From Halodesulfurarchaeum sp. (GTDB lineage Archaea; Halobacteriota; Halobacteria; Halobacteriales; Halobacteriaceae): a stretch of DNA of 64,000 bases. The translations under genes were made by a program, and so were the position numbers. Numbering within the stretch: position 1 is the first letter of the stretch; each line of letters starts with the position of its first letter. The notes under the pieces are model-generated. The model saw only the letters and a program-made list of their open reading frames with translations. It was not told the origin of the DNA and did not search any database. Location of the stretch: positions 1,056,001-1,120,000 of the forward strand of contig JAXHNL010000002.1 of the NCBI GenBank assembly GCA_034520565.1, read 5' to 3'. Of the stretch, positions 21,140-31,429 are shown piece after piece.

Positions 21140-21350
21140 CGTTTGCTGCGCCTCGCTCACTACCGTTCGCTCGGCTTGCAAAAGCTGTCGCGCAGGAGCA
21201 GCTCCTGCTGGATGCCACGAAGCTTCGCTTCGTGAGCAGCCCAAAAGCCACCTCACCCCCTTCGGGGGTTCCTCGGCCCGAGCGCAGAGCGCTCGGTGAA
21301 TCGCGGCGCTCGGGTTCGCTGAACCGCTCGCGCCGCGAATGCGTTCAGCC
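21140..21350. repeat. Palindromic intergenic element with TTC/GAA-triloop hairpins
   Basis: tttgc...gcaaaagct, gcaggagc-a-gctcctgc, cacgaagc-ttc-gcttcgtg, ccaaaagccac, ccccc-ttc-ggggg; related element at 38231-38400. Right boundary approximate. Confidence 0.65.
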
Positions 21351-21426
21351 GATTTGGGTGTCGTTTGTGTCCCCTTCGCTGAGGGTCGGTCGTGCTCGGG
21401 AGTTTCGAATTGACCACTATTGCCGG

Positions 21427-23673
21427 CTACAACAACCGGTCCCGAAGCCGCTCGAAGAACCCACGCTTCTGGGCGCGCTCGGCGGAAATCATCGAGCAAT
21501 CGAGGTTCCTGACCAGACCGCTCACCGGCGATTCTCCCACCAGTTGGGAGAGCAATCCCCGTTCGCTCGCGCCCGAGATAACCAGTGATGCGTCCTCGGC
21601 TGCATCGACGATCGCCGGTTCGACGGGGCCGGTTTCGACGCGATGGGCTACGTCTTCGAGGTCGTGGTCGGAAGCCCATGCTTCGAGGAAGTCCCGTCCC
21701 TCCGTCGGTTCGTCGGCGACGTGCAGGAGCGTGATGTCCGAGTCGTACACCGAACGGAGATCCTTGGCGATCTCTGCGGAGAGGGCCGAATCCGGACCGC
21801 CCGCTGTTGGGACGAGGAGACTGGACGGATCGAACCCACGATCCTTGAAAACCAGGAAATCCGCGGGGAGTTCTCCGAATACCTCGTCCAGGGTTCCCTC
21901 GACCCGGCCGGTCGGGTGATGAGACTCCGGACCCCAGCCCATGACGACGAGGTCTGCGTCGTGTTCGCCGACCAGATCGAAGCCCTCCTGAATCGTCCGG
22001 TGGGAGAACACCGTCGCGGTCTCGACTGGGACGCCGAGTTCCTCGGCGTGGGTTTTGGCGGACTCGAGTAGCGATTCGGAGCGGTCACGCTCGGCGTCGA
22101 AGTGCTCGGCGGCATACTGGAGGGAAGTCTGTTCTGGGACCGAAATGATGTGGACCGCGTCGACGGTTCCGCCGCGTGCCTTTGCGATTGCCGCCGCGAG
22201 GGTGATGAGCTCCTGCTCGTGAGCCGGATTGGCGAGTGGCACCATCACCTTGAATTCCCCGCCCTCGGGATTCAGGCTCGTGGCCGCGGAGACGACCGAA
22301 TCGGGCATCTCCTCTTCCTGACTCGAGATGAAGTCCGAGAGGGCCCCTCGAACGGTGGTTCGTGACTGGGCGTAGGCGAAATACCAGGTGACCGCCCCGA
22401 GCACCAGGACGGCGCTGAATCCGACGACCTTCGGTTCGATGAAGACGATCAGCCCCAGCGACGTCAGCGCCCCCGCGATCGGGGTAAACGGATAGAGTGG
22501 CACGGTGTAGGAGGGATCGTAATCGGCCACGTTGGCCTCTCGGAACACGATCAAGCCGATGTTGAGCAGGGCATAAATGATCAGGTGGAGCACGCTTCCG
22601 AGGGTTGCGAGCAACTCGACGTTGCCGATCACGATGAACAGCAGGATGAGGCCCCCTGTAATCGCAATTGCCCGGTAGGGCGTGTTGAACCGGTAGTGAA
22701 CCTCGTTGAGCTTCGGGGAGATCAGCCGGTCACGGCCCATGGCGAAGTTGATGCGGGAGGAGGCGAGTATCGAGGCGTTCGCACTCGAGGCCGTGGCGAG
22801 CAACCCCCCGACCAGCAGGGCGATCGCGCCCGCCGGTCCGAGCAGCCGCCGACCGATCTCGACGACTGCGATGTTGCCAGCCAGCTGTTGTTCGGCGATG
22901 AACCCCGGCTCGACCGCCGCAGCCATCGTGATCAGGACGAGCGCGTAAATGACCGTGACGATGACGACGCTGCCGATGATGGCTCGCGGAAGGTTCCGAT
23001 CCGGGTTCTTGACTTCCTCGGCGACGCTGGTGATCTGGACGAAACCGAGGAATGAAACGAAGATGAGCCCCGTCGTCGTCAGCGTCGGGGTTAACCCTTT
23101 GCCTGCGGGCAGGTTTGCCGGGTCGGAACTGAACGCACCGACGACCGTAACCACGGCGAGGATACCCACGAGAATGGCGACGATCACGTTTTGAAGGGAG
23201 CCTGTTTCCCGCGCGCCGACGTAGTTGACCAGGACGAACAGGGTCGCACCGAAGAGGGCAAGGACTTTGACGACCGAGAGTGTGACCGGTCCAACGCCGA
23301 TCGCCCCGCCGAGCCCGAAAATCGTGCGGACGTACTCGCCGAACCCGACCATGTAAAACGCACTCGCGAATGCCAGCCCGAGCCAGTTCGCCCACCCGGC
23401 GATCGAGCCGAAAAGGGGGCCGAGGGCCCGGTTCACGTAGTAGTAAGCCCCGCCCGATCGTGGCATCGCTGTCCCGAGTTCGCTCGCGGAAAAGGCCGTC
23501 AAGATGGCTATTCCGCCGCCGATGACGAAAGACAGCACGGCGTGCCAGCCGGCCCGTTCGATGGCCGTGCCCGGCAGGACGAAAATGCCCGCGCCGATCA
23601 TCGTCCCGATACCGATCGTCAGTGCGGCCGCCAGCCCGAGGTCCTTCGAGAGTTCTGACTCGTGATGGCTCAT
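21427..23673 (-). CDS. APC-family amino acid permease fused to C-terminal UspA domains
   Basis: GTMIGAGIF, ELGTAMPRSGGAY, EEVKNP, about 12 TM helices, then VMVPLANP and LLVPTAGGP USP domains. Confidence 0.92.
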   Translation of the reverse strand: MSHHESELSKDLGLAAALTIGIGTMIGAGIFVLPGTAIERAGWHAVLSFVIGGGIAILTAFSASELGTAMPRSGGAYYYVNRALGPLFGSIAGWANWLGLAFASAFYMVGFGEYVRTIFGLGGAIGVGPVTLSVVKVLALFGATLFVLVNYVGARETGSLQNVIVAILVGILAVVTVVGAFSSDPANLPAGKGLTPTLTTTGLIFVSFLGFVQITSVAEEVKNPDRNLPRAIIGSVVIVTVIYALVLITMAAAVEPGFIAEQQLAGNIAVVEIGRRLLGPAGAIALLVGGLLATASSANASILASSRINFAMGRDRLISPKLNEVHYRFNTPYRAIAITGGLILLFIVIGNVELLATLGSVLHLIIYALLNIGLIVFREANVADYDPSYTVPLYPFTPIAGALTSLGLIVFIEPKVVGFSAVLVLGAVTWYFAYAQSRTTVRGALSDFISSQEEEMPDSVVSAATSLNPEGGEFKVMVPLANPAHEQELITLAAAIAKARGGTVDAVHIISVPEQTSLQYAAEHFDAERDRSESLLESAKTHAEELGVPVETATVFSHRTIQEGFDLVGEHDADLVVMGWGPESHHPTGRVEGTLDEVFGELPADFLVFKDRGFDPSSLLVPTAGGPDSALSAEIAKDLRSVYDSDITLLHVADEPTEGRDFLEAWASDHDLEDVAHRVETGPVEPAIVDAAEDASLVISGASERGLLSQLVGESPVSGLVRNLDCSMISAERAQKRGFFERLRDRLL

Positions 23674-23975
23674 CAGGTGAAGACGGGATTCGTTCGACCC
23701 CAGCGGGTGTTTTGCGCCGACGGAGACGACAGCCAGGTGCAGACGTGCTGGGTATTCGACGGTCGGATGGGTTTACTTCCGACAGCCAACGAATGTCCGA
23801 GGTAAACCGGCCGATCTGCGTCCATGTTCCCCCGTATCCGCTACTGTCCCTTAAGCGCAATCACTCCGGTCAGGGACGAGGTAATCGAGACTCGAACGGT
23901 CCCAGACGCATCGCCGCTCAAGAGACTGTTTGTGCCTCCAGTAGCTATTTGGGCGTGTTGGGAAACCGTACGGAC

Positions 23976-25262
23976 ATGGCCCTCCGCCGAAGAGATTTTC
24001 TCGCCCGAGCCGCCGGGCTTCTCGCGACGGCCAGTCTCACTGCGTTGGCCGGCTGTGCTTCTTCCTGTCCCGACAGCGGCCGCCCGACCGCTGAGGAGAC
24101 GGTTTCGATCGATTCGCCGCCAACTGGTCCCTTCGAACGGACGCCAACCGGTACGTGGCCGGCAGAAACTGGCAATTCGGCGAATACCGGGTATACACAG
24201 CGTTCACTTCCCGAATCCGGGCTCTCCGTCCGCTGGAGCACACAGCTCGACATCCCCACAGAAGACGGCGTCGGGGTCGTCGCCAGCACCCCCGTGGTCG
24301 GTTCCGAGCGAGCCTCCGTCGCCGATCCGGAGCGGGTCCACGCCGTCTCCCTTCGGACGGGCGAGACCGAATGGGAGAGCGAGCGGCTTCCGGTGACCCA
24401 AACCGAGCATTATGGAACGTATCGCCCGGAGACGATCGCACCGCGTGTCGGGCCCGAGGGTCGAATTCTCGTGGGGCTCGAATCCGGGCTTGCAGCTCTC
24501 GACCCGAACGATGGTTCCACGGTTTGGAACGTTGCTGGTCTCTCTGCGGTCGGCCCGCCGACGGTCGCCGGTGACCTGCTCGTCGCCCAGGGCGAACGGA
24601 CCGTCAGGGCGTTCGACCCGGACGGGACCGAACGGTGGGAGACGGAAATAACGCGGGACGCGACACGGCGGCAACCCACAGCCACGGGCGAGGTGGTGGT
24701 TCTCCGGACCGACACTGGACTCGAAGCTCTCGATCCCGCGACCGGCGAGACGCGTTGGTCGCGGCGTGTTCAGGCGGAGTCCCAGCCGGCCATCGACGAC
24801 GGAATCGTGTTCCTGGGGACAGACGAGGGGTTATTGGGACTCGACGCCACCGACGGCACCGACCGATTCGCGTATTCCCGGGGCGACTACATGGCCTTTC
24901 ACTCGCTGGTGGTTGCGCCCGAGACGGTCTACGTCGTCGAACAACCGCCGGAAGCGGGGGCATCGTCGTTCGCCCTTTCTCGAACCACTGACGGGGTGGA
25001 ACCGCGCTGGTGTTCGTCCATCGGTGACGGAAGCGTCACGGCGGCGACCGACCACCGGGCACTCGGGCGCTTCGAACTCGGGACTGGCCCGGGTGCCGCG
25101 CGGAGCGTCGCGAGCTTCACGGCCGACGCGGGCGCGGTCGACTGGGCAATCGAGGGCGGTTCGCGGTCGGACACCTGGCTCAACCCGCCGGCGCTCCTCG
25201 AGGGAGTCCTCGTCCTGACGACCCGCGGTGGTCGGGTCCTCGCCGTTTCGAGGGGTGACTGA
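23976..25262 (+). CDS. Tat-exported lipoprotein with PQQ-type beta-propeller repeats (BamB-like)
   Basis: LRRRDFL twin-arginine motif, LAGC lipobox, repeated A(L/F)D..(T/D)G...W motifs. Confidence 0.85.
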   Translation: MALRRRDFLARAAGLLATASLTALAGCASSCPDSGRPTAEETVSIDSPPTGPFERTPTGTWPAETGNSANTGYTQRSLPESGLSVRWSTQLDIPTEDGVGVVASTPVVGSERASVADPERVHAVSLRTGETEWESERLPVTQTEHYGTYRPETIAPRVGPEGRILVGLESGLAALDPNDGSTVWNVAGLSAVGPPTVAGDLLVAQGERTVRAFDPDGTERWETEITRDATRRQPTATGEVVVLRTDTGLEALDPATGETRWSRRVQAESQPAIDDGIVFLGTDEGLLGLDATDGTDRFAYSRGDYMAFHSLVVAPETVYVVEQPPEAGASSFALSRTTDGVEPRWCSSIGDGSVTAATDHRALGRFELGTGPGAARSVASFTADAGAVDWAIEGGSRSDTWLNPPALLEGVLVLTTRGGRVLAVSRGD

Positions 25263-25264
25263 CC

Positions 25265-25891
25265 GTGGTCGACCGCTGGCAAAACGTCGCCGGGGTATGC
25301 GCGCTCGTTGGCGGTGGGTTGGTCGTCGTCTCATCGATTCCGCCGGCATGGTACGGCGTCGAACCGACCGACTCCTACCTGTTCGACCCGGCGGTTTTCA
25401 GTCCACTCTGGACCGAACGGATGCTGATGCCGCTTTTGTCTCTCGGTGCACTGGTGGGCTTGCTCGTCGGGGTCGGAGCTCTCGTCTATCGGGACTGGTC
25501 AGTCTCCCGCACGCTCAGGGTGGGTGGCTCCCTCGCCGTACTGGGAGGAACGACACTGGCCGTCGGGCTGTATGGCCCGGAATTCGTCAGCCCGGCCGGT
25601 ACTCCTGTCGGACCGGTTGCGGGGATCGCCGGGTTTGCCCTCCTCGTTTGGGGTGGGCTCTTGCTCCTCGTTGGCGGGCCCCTGCTCGCGTATTCGTACC
25701 TCCGGGCCGGTCGCCGGTGGCTCGCCGGGACGATTCTTGGCGTCGTGCCGATGATGCTTCTCATCGGATCTCTCTTCCCCGGTGGTATTGCTGACCTCGG
25801 GAGTTCGATTCCGGCTTTCGTTCTCGGAGTCGTGATCGCCCGGGATCTCGTTTTACGGGAGCCGGCTGGGCGCGATATGGGAACTGTATAA
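25265..25891 (+). CDS. Hypothetical multi-pass membrane protein
   Basis: About six hydrophobic segments; starts 2 bp after the propeller gene. Confidence 0.7.
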   Translation: MVDRWQNVAGVCALVGGGLVVVSSIPPAWYGVEPTDSYLFDPAVFSPLWTERMLMPLLSLGALVGLLVGVGALVYRDWSVSRTLRVGGSLAVLGGTTLAVGLYGPEFVSPAGTPVGPVAGIAGFALLVWGGLLLLVGGPLLAYSYLRAGRRWLAGTILGVVPMMLLIGSLFPGGIADLGSSIPAFVLGVVIARDLVLREPAGRDMGTV

Positions 25892-25967
25892 CTTATGGGA
25901 ATGTGCTGACTAACCCTCCCAAAGGAATTATATACCCTTCTCATGTAGTATCGTTCGGGTGAATATA

Positions 25968-26198
25968 ATGGCTACCTACTACGACTACGTCCTCGGTTTC
26001 ATTCCCCTCGTTTTGCTCGGTATCGGTGGCGGCCTCCACGTTGCTGGCCTGCAGTTGCAGGTGGCACTGGCGACCAGTGGCCTCCTCGCAATCGGACTGA
26101 TGGGTCATGCCCTCTTCGTCAACAGTCCCGTGGACGGGGGCCACCAGCAATCCGCCGAACCGGTCGAGACCCAACCGTCGTACTCGATGTCCGACTGA
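25968..26198 (+). CDS. Small two-helix membrane protein
   Basis: YYDYVLGFIP...GHALFVNSP pattern seen in small haloarchaeal membrane proteins; TTATATA box at about 25928-25934. Confidence 0.7.
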   Translation: MATYYDYVLGFIPLVLLGIGGGLHVAGLQLQVALATSGLLAIGLMGHALFVNSPVDGGHQQSAEPVETQPSYSMSD

Positions 26199-26280
26199 CC
26201 ACCAGACGGTCGTTTTTCGGTTCCGTTCGGCGATCTCCCGTTCCCAGCCAGCTAAGTAACTGGGAGCCACCCACTCGATC

Positions 26281-27027
26281 ATGGCAACTGCCGTCGGCGT
26301 GGACTGGGCCGGAAACGGGTGGGTCGCCGCGAGTCTCGAGGATGGGGAGTGGTCCGTGGAGTTTTTCCCGACCGTTCTGAATCTCTGGCACGCCCACCGC
26401 GAGGCCGAGACGATTCTACTCGACATTCCGATCGGGCTCCGCGAGTCGGGGAAACGGGCCTGTGACCTGGCTGCGAAGTCGGCACTCGGTGGCAACCGAC
26501 AGGCGAGCGTCTTTCTCACGCCGACCCGTGAAGCGGTCTTCGCCCCGGACATCGAGACGGCCAAGGCTCGCCAGCAGCCGGCGGATTTCAGCGTGCAAAA
26601 CCAGGCCTGGGCGATCGTGCCCCGAATCCGGGAACTGGACGTGTTTCTCCGCGAATTCGAGGGGGAAGTCACCGAGGACCAGCTCCTCGAAGCCCATCCC
26701 GAACTGTGCTTTTCGGGGCTGAACGGCGGTGAGCCGATCGACGTTTCGAAAGGGACAGACGAAGGAAGGGAGGCCCGACTGGCCGTGCTCGAATCGGTTG
26801 ATCCGGCCCTCAGAGCCACCTTCGAGGAAGCTGTCGAGACCTTCACCCGTCCATCGTACGCGCCGACGATCGCCGCCTCGAAAACTGACGACATTCTCGA
26901 CGCACTCGTGCTGGCCGCGTCCGCCGCGCAGGGTGTCGAGAACCTCGAACGCCTCCCCGCCGATCCCGACCACGATCCAGTGCTCGATCGGCAGATAGAG
27001 ATCGTGTACGGTACGGTCCAGCGGTAG
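26281..27027 (+). CDS. DUF429 family predicted nuclease (RNase H-like fold)
   Basis: VGVDW, LDIPIGL, RACD, SVFLTP, EAHPELCF, DDILDA motifs. Confidence 0.85.
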   Translation: MATAVGVDWAGNGWVAASLEDGEWSVEFFPTVLNLWHAHREAETILLDIPIGLRESGKRACDLAAKSALGGNRQASVFLTPTREAVFAPDIETAKARQQPADFSVQNQAWAIVPRIRELDVFLREFEGEVTEDQLLEAHPELCFSGLNGGEPIDVSKGTDEGREARLAVLESVDPALRATFEEAVETFTRPSYAPTIAASKTDDILDALVLAASAAQGVENLERLPADPDHDPVLDRQIEIVYGTVQR

Positions 27028-27049
27028 TGATCTCGGTCCGGTCGGACCG

Positions 27050-27919
27050 TTAGTCCAGTTCGGCGACGAGCGACGCGACTTCTCCTGGCGTTTTCCCGAC
27101 CGGAACGCCGGCCGCTTCGAAGGCTTCGATCTTGCTTTCGGCCGTCCCCGTCCCGGACCCGGAGACGATCGCGCCCGCGTGACCCATTCGAGTCCCCTTG
27201 GGGGCGGTTCGACCGGCGACGAAACCGACAACGGGCGTGTCCATCTCCCGCTGGATAAAGGCAGCCGCTTCCTCCTCGTCCTCGCCGCCGATCTCCCCGA
27301 TCAGGACGACCGCTTCCGTGTCCGGATCGCGCTCGAAGTCGGTGAGCACCTCCTGAAACCCGGTGCCGACGATCGGATCGCCGCCGATCCCCACCGCAGT
27401 TGACTGCCCGAGCCCCTCGTTTGTCAGGTTCTCGACGATCTGGTAGGTCAGGGTCCCCGAGCGCGAAACGACCCCGACAGACCCGGGTTCGAAGACCTCG
27501 CCCGGCAGGATCCCGAGTTTGCTCACACCGGGGGTGATCACACCGGGACAGTTCGGACCGACCAATCGCGTTTCGACCTCCTGGAGCCGCTTGTACACCC
27601 GGGAAACGTCGTGAACGGGAATTCCCTCGGTAATCGCGACGACCAGATCGAGGTTCGCGTCGAGGGCCTCGAAGAGGGCGTCCGCGGCGAACGCGGGTGG
27701 AACGAACACCACCGACGCGTCCGCCCCCTCCTGCTCGACGGCTGCCTCGACCCGGTCGTAGACTGGAATCCCCGCCACCGTCTGGCCGCCCCGGCCCGGA
27801 ACGGCACCGGCGACGACGTTCGTCCCGTACTCGAGCATCTGCTCCGTGTGGAACTCACCCTGGGAGCCGGTGATCCCCTGGACGACCACTCGCGTGTCCG
27901 CGTCGACGAGAATACTCAT
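27050..27919 (-). CDS. sucD: Succinyl-CoA synthetase alpha subunit
   Basis: [33 protein letters not shown] phospho-His motif. Confidence 0.96.
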   Translation of the reverse strand: MSILVDADTRVVVQGITGSQGEFHTEQMLEYGTNVVAGAVPGRGGQTVAGIPVYDRVEAAVEQEGADASVVFVPPAFAADALFEALDANLDLVVAITEGIPVHDVSRVYKRLQEVETRLVGPNCPGVITPGVSKLGILPGEVFEPGSVGVVSRSGTLTYQIVENLTNEGLGQSTAVGIGGDPIVGTGFQEVLTDFERDPDTEAVVLIGEIGGEDEEEAAAFIQREMDTPVVGFVAGRTAPKGTRMGHAGAIVSGSGTGTAESKIEAFEAAGVPVGKTPGEVASLVAELD

Positions 27920-29058
27920 GTGTCTCCCCCCTGGGCCAGCTCGACGGCCCGATTGACGGCCGATTCGAAGGTCGACTCGGTGTGAACCGCGTCTGTCAGC
28001 TGTTCGCGGCCGGCAGCGGCGTTCGTCCCGGCGAGCCGGACGACGACGGGGACTGGCAACGACTCGTATTCGGCCACCGCGGCGTTGATCCCCGCGGCTA
28101 CCTCGTCGCCCCGGGTGATGCCCCCGAAGATGTTGATCAGGACCACCTCGACGTTCGGGTCGGCAAAGACCACGTCGAGGGCGGCTCCCACTCGTTCCTC
28201 GTCGGCCCCGCCGCCGACGTCGAGGAAGTTCGCCGGCGAGCCGCCGAAGTGATCGATGAGATCGAGCGTGGTCATGACCAGTCCGGCGCCGTTTCCGAGC
28301 ACGCCCACCGACCCGTCGAGGCGGACGTATTCGAACCCGGCCTCGTCTGCCCGCCGTTCGAGTTCGTCGCCGCCGGTCTCGGCGTCTATCCCGGCGAGTT
28401 CGGGCTGTCTGAAGAGTGCGTCGTCGTCGATGTTGAGAACGGCGTCGGCAGCCACCACCTCGCCTTCCTCGGTGACCATGAGTGGGTTGATTTCGGCGTC
28501 GGTCGCGTCTTTCTCCGCCCAGATCCGGTAGAGGGCCTGAAGGACCTCGGCAACGTCCCCAGCGACGTCGCCCTCGATTCCAGCGCGGGCGACCGCGTTT
28601 CGGGCCTGGTAGGGGTGCAGTCCGAAGGCGGGATCGACGTGGCTGCGGCCGATTGCCGTCGGCGTCTCGCTTGCCACGGACTCGATGTCGACGCCCCCCT
28701 TCGCGGAAGCCATGACGACCGGTTTGCGCTCGCCCCGGTCCATCGTGACCCCGAGATAGAGTTCCGTTTCGGCATCGACGGCCGCCTCGACGAGCAGCGT
28801 TTCCACGGGGTAGCCATCGATCTCCATGCCGAGGATCGAGTCGGCGGCCTCCCGAAGTTCGGCCTCGGTCTCGACGATGGCGATCCCGCCCGCTTTCCCC
28901 CGTCCTCCGACCGGAACCTGGGCCTTCACCGCGACCGGGTATCCGAGTTCGCCGGCCGCGCGCAGCGCCGATCGAACGTCCTCGACGACTGCCGAGGCGG
29001 GAGTTTGGATTCCCGCCGCGTCGAAGACCTCCTTCGCCCGAAACTCGTGCAGTCGCAT
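27916..29058 (-). CDS. sucC: Succinyl-CoA synthetase beta subunit
   Basis: [50 protein letters not shown]. Confidence 0.96.
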   Translation of the reverse strand: MRLHEFRAKEVFDAAGIQTPASAVVEDVRSALRAAGELGYPVAVKAQVPVGGRGKAGGIAIVETEAELREAADSILGMEIDGYPVETLLVEAAVDAETELYLGVTMDRGERKPVVMASAKGGVDIESVASETPTAIGRSHVDPAFGLHPYQARNAVARAGIEGDVAGDVAEVLQALYRIWAEKDATDAEINPLMVTEEGEVVAADAVLNIDDDALFRQPELAGIDAETGGDELERRADEAGFEYVRLDGSVGVLGNGAGLVMTTLDLIDHFGGSPANFLDVGGGADEERVGAALDVVFADPNVEVVLINIFGGITRGDEVAAGINAAVAEYESLPVPVVVRLAGTNAAAGREQLTDAVHTESTFESAVNRAVELAQGGDT

Positions 29059-29171
29059 GCTCGGATCGGGGTGCGGAGCGCGCTTAAACCCACGGCATCC
29101 GGCTGAACGGGCTTTATATATCCGGCCGATCGGGCCCGACATTTATCGGGCTCGGGCCTCCAGGACGTGGC

Positions 29172-30155
29172 ATGCGAGCCGTTCGATACCACGAACACGG
29201 AGACTCCTCCGTTTTGGCCGTCGAGCCGATCGACCGCCCCGAACCACGGCGGGACGAGATCCTCGTCGAGGTCGGAGCCGCCGCTGTCAACCCCGTCGAT
29301 ACGTACTTTCGGACGGGCGAATATACCCCTGCAGGCCTCCCGATGATTCCGGGGGCTGACGTGGCTGGAACCGTCGCGGCTATCGGGCCAGCGGTGCAGA
29401 ACCTCGAAGTCGGGGATCGGGTGTTCGGAACCGGACTCGGGAACGATCGCCAGGGAACCTATGCGGAGTACGCCGTCGGCCCGGCCGATCACTTCGCTTC
29501 CCTCCCGGGTCCGGTTTCGTTTTCCGAGGAACTGCTGTCGCCCTGGTCGGTGTGACTGCCTGGCGCGCGCTGATCGATCACGCGGCACTCTCCCTCTCCG
29601 AAACAGCCCTCATCCACGGGGGGTCCGGGGGCGTTGGGCACGTCGCCGTCCAACTTGCCGCTGCCGCCGGGGCCGAGGTGATCGCGACAGCGAGACCGGA
29701 TACCCACGAGCGACTCAGTGATCTTGGTGCCGATCACACATTGGACTACCGTCGCGACGACCTCGCAGAGGCGGTAATCGATCGGGCTCGCCCCGACGTG
29801 ATCCTCGATCACCGAAGGAGCTGGAAGCGACTGGCTCCAGATCGAGCGCCGCTGGGCTTCGCGGCAGGTCGGGACCGGGTCGTCGGTAGATCGGCAAGCA
29901 CCGAGCCGCGCCGGCTTCGCCGAGCGCCCGCCGCCAGGGGCAAAGACCTCTTCGGCTGGTGCTGACGAGGATGTTCAAGACGCCGCCACGCCACGCGGCC
30001 ATCCTTTCCCGAGCTCGGGAACGCTCCTGGAGAACGGGCGAAGTCGCCGGCCGGCGAGCAACTGGACACGGACGTACGATCTCGAGGCGGCTCCCGCGGC
30101 ACAGCGAGCGGTCCTGGATGACCAGTTCCTCGGCAAGCTGGTCGTCGAACCGTGA
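29172..30155 (+). CDS. NADPH:quinone reductase (MDR family), broken by an indel near 29529 and a garbled stretch at about 29810-30070
   Basis: VNPVDTYFRTG, PGADVAG, GTYAEY, TAWRAL, IHGGSGGVG; C-terminus RTYDLEAAPAAQRAVLDDQFLGKLVVEP* ends at 30155 in another frame. Confidence 0.82.
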
Positions 30156-30187
30156 GTATATCCACGTCACGCGCGATTCCTTTTCGT

Positions 30188-30897
30188 ATGGACGCAACAA
30201 CTTCGACTTCACCGACGGCGTGGCACTGGTGACGGGTGTTTCGGGGAGTCTGGGAAGCCACGTCGCGGCCGCGTTCCTCGAGGCCGGCGCCACGGTGGCC
30301 GGGACGTCTCGGAGCCCACCGAATGAAGGCGAGGCAGCCGTCTCGGCGTCGGACATCCACTTTTACGAGGCGGATCTCACCGACGAGGCCGCCGTCGCGA
30401 ATCTCGTCGACGCGGTCCTCGCGAATCACGGTCGGATCGACTATCTGCTGAACGTCGCCGGGACCTGGGCCGGCGGCGATTCGATCGAGGAGACGGACCT
30501 CGAAACGTTCGAACACGTCTTCGACGTCAATCTCAAGACCGCCTTCCTCGCGTCGAAACACGCACTCCCGCACATCGCGGAAACCGAAGGTGCCATCGTC
30601 AACGTGAGCGCGAAAGCGTCTCTTTCCGGTGGCGTGGGCGACGGCCCCTACCGCGCCTCGAAAGCGGGCGTCCGCCTCTTGACCGAAACCATCGCCGAGG
30701 AGCAGGCCGGAACCGTGCGGGCCAACGCGGTCATGCCGAGTGTGATCGATACGCCGGCCAACCGGGACATGATTCCAAACGGCGACGTCGAGAAGTGGGT
30801 CGACCCACAGGACATCGCGCTGACGATGCTGTCGCTGTGTAGCGACGCGACGGTAGCGACGAGTGGGGCGGCCGTTCCCGTGTTCGGCGAACTGTAA
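30188..30897 (+). CDS. Short-chain dehydrogenase/reductase (SDR)
   Basis: ALVTGVSGSLG, LLNVAG, YRASK catalytic motif, PSVIDTP; the nearest ATG (30188) is out of frame, suggesting an indel just after the start. Confidence 0.88.
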
Positions 30898-31403
30898 CCC
30901 GGAACCTGCTCGTAACCGCTCTGCCGGACCGGTGACCTCCCGGCGGGTTCCTCGGACCCGCCCTCTGCAGCTCCCTGGACCGTCATTACCGGGGCCGACG
31001 CGGAGCGAACGACCCGCTCGGCGACGCTTCCCAGGAGGAGTCGATCCAGCCCGCCGCGGCCGTGGGTTCCCATGACGATGAGGTCGGCGTCGATCTCGTC
31101 TGCGTACTCGACGATCTGCTGGCTCGGCCGCCCCTCCAACCGGACGAGTTCCACGGGCACGTCGCGGAGGGCCGCCGCGTCATCGACCATCTCGAGTGCC
31201 TGTTCGCCCTCGCGTTCGAGGGCCGCGGAAACACCCTCCCAGGACCCTTCGGTCGGCACGCCGGAGAAACTCGCAATGTTGACCACGTAGACGCCGTAAA
31301 TCGTGGCTCCCTGGGACGCAGCGAGCTCGACGGCGTGATCGATCGCCTGTTGGCTCGAGGCCGACCCGTCCGTCGGGACGACGATCCGCTCATAGAGACT
31401 CAT
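30648..31403 (-). CDS. Universal stress protein (UspA); true 3' end uncertain, domain ends near 30980
   Basis: YERIVVPTDGS, DLIVMGTHGRGG...LLGSVAERVVR; as given the ORF runs 250 bp into the convergent SDR gene. Confidence 0.85.
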   Translation of the reverse strand: MSLYERIVVPTDGSASSQQAIDHAVELAASQGATIYGVYVVNIASFSGVPTEGSWEGVSAALEREGEQALEMVDDAAALRDVPVELVRLEGRPSQQIVEYADEIDADLIVMGTHGRGGLDRLLLGSVAERVVRSASAPVMTVQGAAEGGSEEPAGRSPVRQSGYEQVPGYSSPNTGTAAPLVATVASLHSDSIVSAMSCGSTHFSTSPFGIMSRLAGVSITLGMTALARTVPACSSAMVSVKRRTPAFEAR

Positions 31404-31429
31404 TACCACGAAATGGGCCCGCTCGCCCC

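Noticed and set aside
20917-21427. Integrated provirus or genomic island at tRNA-Val (or tRNA-Leu)
   Set aside because: The att-like duplications enclose under 150 bp, and no integrase or viral gene is visible nearby.
21005-21679. 224-aa minus-strand ORF and other ORFs across the repeat region
   Set aside because: Arg/Ala-rich and non-acidic, with no motifs; they overlap palindromic non-coding elements and the permease gene.
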